Source: an uncultured Acidobacteriota bacterium
Lineage (GTDB): Bacteria > Acidobacteriota > Terriglobia > Acidiferrales > UBA7541
Reading direction: 5' to 3'
Length of the DNA stretch: 64,000 nucleotides
Assembly: GCA_963776695.1 (NCBI GenBank)
Contig: CAVZNU010000011.1
Location: 164,165-228,164, forward strand
Notes under the pieces: generated by a model
The model's database searches: none
Told to the model about the DNA's origin: nothing
The model's input: the letters and a program-made list of their open reading frames with translations, nothing else
Program-made: the position numbers and the translations under genes
In this document: piece by piece, positions 60,705-64,000 of the stretch
Numbering within the stretch: position 1 is the stretch's first letter
How the letters are laid out: each line of letters starts with the position of its first letter

Positions 60705-60944
60705 ATTTCCACCGATGTGGAAATGTTGTGGAAAATCAATACACGACTGGTTGAGGCTCTTAGGTCTGACTTTTCAGATTCGAGTGGCGACCCGCGCCCG
60801 CGAGTGAGCCGTCGATGAGTGCCCGTGTTGATTGCATCAAGATATTCGCGAGACGGGATTCTGCCTAAACGCAACGCAGACAGCAAGAGAAAATTGAGCG
60901 AATCGGATTCAGGTGCTCCACACAATACCCACAGGTTTTCCACA
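60705..60944. promoter_or_regulatory. Second DnaA-box cluster upstream of dnaA (promoter/autoregulation, or the second half of a bipartite origin)
   Basis: ATTTCCACC 60705-13, TGTGGAAAT 60716-24 and TGTGGAAAA 60727-35 lie just upstream of the dnaA ATG, next to AT-rich cataataaaaataag. ATACCCACA 60925-33 and TTTTCCACA 60936-44 lie further upstream. Confidence 0.6.
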
Positions 60945-61041
60945 GTGAGGAATTTCGCTTCGTGATGATTGAATTGTGAATTTTCAGCGGCAGTTTGAAA
61001 AAATCTGCGAGCGTGAACAGAGTTTGTGATGACTGTGCGGA

Positions 61042-62082
61042 TCAGCGTGCAATTGCATTCGCGGGAGGCTTGGCAGGCTTGGCGAATTCGAAAACGCCGA
61101 ACGATTCAGTGCCAAGGAGCAGGCGATCGGGCTCAATGAGAATTGTTTTTGGGACGAGTCGCGCGCCAGCGGGCGAGAGCGTGCGATACGAGGCGATGTG
61201 AGCGCCGAGATTTTCAAATCGCAGCAGCTCGTTGCCCACCGCGATCCAAATTTCCTGCGTTACCGGATCCACGCCGAGTGCATCGATCACTGGCTTCGTT
61301 GCGGGAGGTTCATCGTGGCGATCAAGAGCAAGCAAATCGCGAGACTTTGCGTTCGCCGCAAATTGATCGAGAGAAATTTCATTGCCGGCGTAACCGAAGC
61401 GATCGAATCTTCGCACGGTCGGCACTGGCAAGAAGGAAAAAACAAAATAAATGTTACCGGCCGGATCCGCTGAGACGCGGCCAAGGTCCGGAGTACGGTT
61501 CGGATCAAAGTGCGGCGTGAAATCACCCGGGTCGCCGATTGCGCGCGTGAGAGTGCCGCCGTCGTCATAGATCATCATGAGGCGGCGGTAACGCAGCGAA
61601 GTGACCACGAATTCATCTCCGGGAAGCGCAGCGATGGAAGTGGGTCCGGGAACCGGAATCGTGACGGTGAGCGAACCATCGGGAGCGAAAATCTTTACGG
61701 CGTTTGCGCCGCGGTCGGCGACGAACACGCGGCCCGTGAAGTCAACGTCGATGCCGGCTGCGAATACAATCTTCGCGTTCTTCTTCGGGTCGGGAGAGTT
61801 CGCGTCTGGAATCTCACCGGCGCGCCTACCATCAGCGGTGAAAATCGAAATCACGTTTCCGGGAGAGGCGGCGACGTAGTAGCTGCCGGCGGCATCGCGC
61901 TTGAGAGCGATGAGGCCGGGACCGATGCTTGGAAGTACGCGGGCGCTCGCGACGATGTCTTGCTCTGCATCCGCATCCTTGTCTCTGTCCCAGTGTCTGG
62001 AGGCAGCCGTCGAGAGACCCGCGCCGACGATGGCACAGAGGGTGAGGACGATGACAACGCCGAGCTCGATGCGGCGCAACAT
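61042..62082 (-). CDS. Membrane-anchored NHL-repeat-like beta-propeller protein
   Basis: ATG 62082 gives MLRRIELGVVIVLTLCAIVGAGL (a signal anchor). Repeated motifs such as GRVFVADRGANAVKIFAPDGS, GNVISIFTADG and GNIYFV are NHL/SMP-30-like propeller blades. Track start is 62286. Confidence 0.7.
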   Translation of the reverse strand: MLRRIELGVVIVLTLCAIVGAGLSTAASRHWDRDKDADAEQDIVASARVLPSIGPGLIALKRDAAGSYYVAASPGNVISIFTADGRRAGEIPDANSPDPKKNAKIVFAAGIDVDFTGRVFVADRGANAVKIFAPDGSLTVTIPVPGPTSIAALPGDEFVVTSLRYRRLMMIYDDGGTLTRAIGDPGDFTPHFDPNRTPDLGRVSADPAGNIYFVFSFLPVPTVRRFDRFGYAGNEISLDQFAANAKSRDLLALDRHDEPPATKPVIDALGVDPVTQEIWIAVGNELLRFENLGAHIASYRTLSPAGARLVPKTILIEPDRLLLGTESFGVFEFAKPAKPPANAIAR

Positions 62083-62326
62083 TTCTTCAGATCGAGTGTG
62101 CAGTGGAAGCCCCGTTAAGAGACGCGTGGCGGAAGCCGCGAGTTGCATGGAATATGCTCGAGGCGTTCTCGAAGGGAACAGATGCCAAGCACCGTCCACT
62201 GGAGTCCTGCACCCTGTCTCGGCACGCCCGCTGCGTCTTCTGGCGGCGCGGCGATGAACTAGGCTTGACAATAAATTAATGGTCACTTAAGGATGATTCC
62301 ATCCACACAGGCCACAGGAGGTTTCT

Positions 62327-63406
62327 ATGCCGCGGACAAACCAAGGTTCCTTGGAGCAGTCTTCTCGGGCCGACAAACCAGCAGAAAATTTAGGAGGCAA
62401 AGTGGCGCTTGTGGCCGGTGCCACGCGCGGCGTGGGGCGAGGCATTGCACTGGCACTGGGCGAAGCCGGCGCGACGGTATATTGCACTGGACGTAGCACT
62501 CAAAAGAGGAACAGGCGCGCCTCGCCTCACGCACGGGGGCAGCGGGGAGCGGCGGGGAAGAAATTATGGCCAGCGGAATATTATGCGGGGCGTCCAGAAA
62601 CGATCGAGGAGACAGCGGAGTTGGTGACGGCCCGCGGAGGGCGAGGAATCGCGGTGGTTGTCGATCACCTGGAGCTCGCGCAGGTGGAAAGACTCATCGC
62701 GCGGATTCGCGAGGAACAAGGAAAGCTGAATATTCTCGTGAACGACATCTCCGAAAGCGCCGAGTACGAGTTCGGTCAGACATTCTGGAATATCGACCTG
62801 GAGAGAGGTTTCGCGATGTTTCGGAATGCAATTCATACGCACGTGATCACGAGCCGGTTAGCGGCGCCGCTGATGATCGAGACGGCGAAGGACGGTGGCA
62901 CGAGCGGCTTGATTGTGGAGATCGGGGACGGCGATTCGTACACCTACCGCGGGAATCTGATCTTCGACATGGTGAAGACGACCGCGATCCGGCTTGCGTT
63001 TGCGATGGCTCGCGAATTACGGCGCAAGAACGTGGCAGCGATTGCTTTGACGCCGGGATTTCTGCGGTCGGAAGTGATGCTGGAACGTTTCGGCGTGACC
63101 GAAGCGAACTGGCGAGATGCAGTGAAGAAAAACCCTGACTACATCGCATCGGAGACGCCGCTTTATGCGGGGCGGGCAGTGGCGGCTCTGGCTACCGATC
63201 CCAATATCATGAAGAAGTCAGGGCGCGTGTTCAGTTCGTGGGGACTTTCGGATGAGTATGGATTCGTGGACGCGGATGGGAGCCAGCCGCACTGGGGCAG
63301 GCATTTCGAGGGGAAGTATGGGAAGACAATGAGATCGTGCGACGACGGATTTTACGCGTATTGGACCGGCGGGCCAATTGACACCATGTTCGCCAACTGG
63401 CCGTGA
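62327..63406 (+). CDS. SDR-family oxidoreductase
   Basis: AGGAGG lies upstream. Rossmann motif GKVALVAGATRGVGRGIALALGEAGATVYCTGRS. Length 359 aa. Confidence 0.85.
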   Translation: MPRTNQGSLEQSSRADKPAENLGGKVALVAGATRGVGRGIALALGEAGATVYCTGRSTQKRNRRASPHARGQRGAAGKKLWPAEYYAGRPETIEETAELVTARGGRGIAVVVDHLELAQVERLIARIREEQGKLNILVNDISESAEYEFGQTFWNIDLERGFAMFRNAIHTHVITSRLAAPLMIETAKDGGTSGLIVEIGDGDSYTYRGNLIFDMVKTTAIRLAFAMARELRRKNVAAIALTPGFLRSEVMLERFGVTEANWRDAVKKNPDYIASETPLYAGRAVAALATDPNIMKKSGRVFSSWGLSDEYGFVDADGSQPHWGRHFEGKYGKTMRSCDDGFYAYWTGGPIDTMFANWP

Positions 63407-63503
63407 GGAAGTGCTGCTGCTGATGGACGAGGTCAGGACACAGTGCAGGCAAGATGACAACATATCCGGGGCTGCTTGGGCGGTCGACGGTCGCGAAGGG
63501 GCA

Positions 63504-63819
63504 TCAGTGGAGGGCGTAGACCTTGCCGTCGGAGCTGCCGAAGTAAAGTGTATTGTGATCGATGGCTGGAGACGAGAGGATAGCGCCGACAGAGAATGCG
63601 CGATAAAGGTAAAGGGTCATGTCGAGAAAGCTGTGAAAGATTGGATCGGATTTTGCGTTGCTGCCTTCCAGTCTTCGCGTCGAGCGCATGGAAGCGATGG
63701 GTATCCGAAGTACCGACGTAAACGACGCCATCGCGAATGGCAGGCGTGCTATTGACCCTCGATTGACTCGTCGTTCGTCTGAAAGGCGAATTTTGAAAGC
63801 GACTTCCGACTACTGGCAA
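63504..63819 (-). pseudogene. Remnant of a PQQ-like beta-propeller repeat protein, with an apparent frameshift
   Basis: One frame encodes ..NSTPAIRDGVVYVGTSDTHRFHALDAKTGRQQ. The next frame continues ..SDPIFHSF...GAILSSPAIDHNTLYFGSSDGKVYALH-stop. The switch lies near an A4 run at about 63645-63650. The combined length is only about 105 aa, so it is far too short for a full propeller. Confidence 0.45.
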
Positions 63820-64000
63820 TTCGTCGAAGCAGCACCGCAGGTGATCTGCTCGAGGCGCTCGATCTTGATGGGCTTGCCGCCGGCGTAAACGTCGATCGCC
63901 GCCCGATAAGTGGTGCTGGAGATCTTGTTGCCTTGCTTAAGTGTGCCGGGAATTTTCACGTGAACGATTCCGTCCTTTTCCTCAACCCTGCGGGCTTTGC
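63810..64000 (-). CDS. 3' end of an unidentified gene whose 5' end is beyond the window
   Basis: Manual translation of the minus strand (first full codon at 63998) gives KARRVEEKDGIVHVKIPGTLKQGNKISSTTYRAAIDVYAGGKPIKIERLEQITCGAASTNCQ-stop (TAG at 63812..63810). Protein-like composition. Absent from the ORF track because it is edge-truncated. Confidence 0.4.
   Translation of the reverse strand, partial: KARRVEEKDGIVHVKIPGTLKQGNKISSTTYRAAIDVYAGGKPIKIERLEQITCGAASTNCQ

Noticed and set aside
60683-60943. 87-codon N-terminal extension of dnaA given by the longest ORF.
   Set aside because: The extension contains DnaA boxes and an AT-rich tract and has non-protein-like composition. The canonical DnaA N-terminus (MNLWDKIL..FATWF) begins at ATG 60682.

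Overview
This is a high-GC (about 60% by eye) bacterial chromosome segment. The gene content looks like Acidobacteriota: CarbR-type TonB receptors ending in FYY, a Ser/Thr kinase fused to a TolB-like propeller, a TIGR03436-like VWFA protein, and zinc-ribbon/DUF4190/pilin-like proteins. That taxon call is inference only. The window is mostly core housekeeping and includes the replication-origin neighbourhood. dnaA, dnaN, gyrB and gyrA are all on the minus strand (51-61 kb), with DnaA-box clusters on both sides of dnaA. There is also a purine block (purQ-purL-purF-lepB-purM, then purN-tyrS), plus lipA, lpxC and glmU. The rest is transporters, a 1155-aa TonB-dependent receptor, a TonB protein, a P450, an M48 peptidase, a PAS-PP2C phosphatase, and a more AT-rich patch of small stress-type membrane proteins with a Crp/Fnr regulator (38.5-42.3 kb). 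I saw no rRNA, tRNA, CRISPR array, prophage or recognisable defence island, and I cannot point to a clear novel multi-gene system. The leads worth a second look are: (1) a RAYT (REP-associated tyrosine transposase) unit with perfect 30-bp terminal inverted repeats inserted between gyrB and gyrA, plus dispersed REP palindromes that share its stem; (2) a second REP/REPIN-like family, present as a tandem 131-bp doublet and as single copies whose hairpins differ by pairing-preserving changes; (3) REP-like sequence lying in frame inside an unusually long purL; (4) an ACP-FAAL-LPLAT tri-domain fusion protein; (5) an orphan intrinsic terminator that implies an unannotated minus-strand transcript upstream of the TonB-dependent receptor; (6) a 708-bp non-coding spacer where recF usually sits. 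All start codons were chosen by eye (SD-like motifs, signal peptides, homology expectations) and may be off. Family assignments come from motif recognition, not searches.
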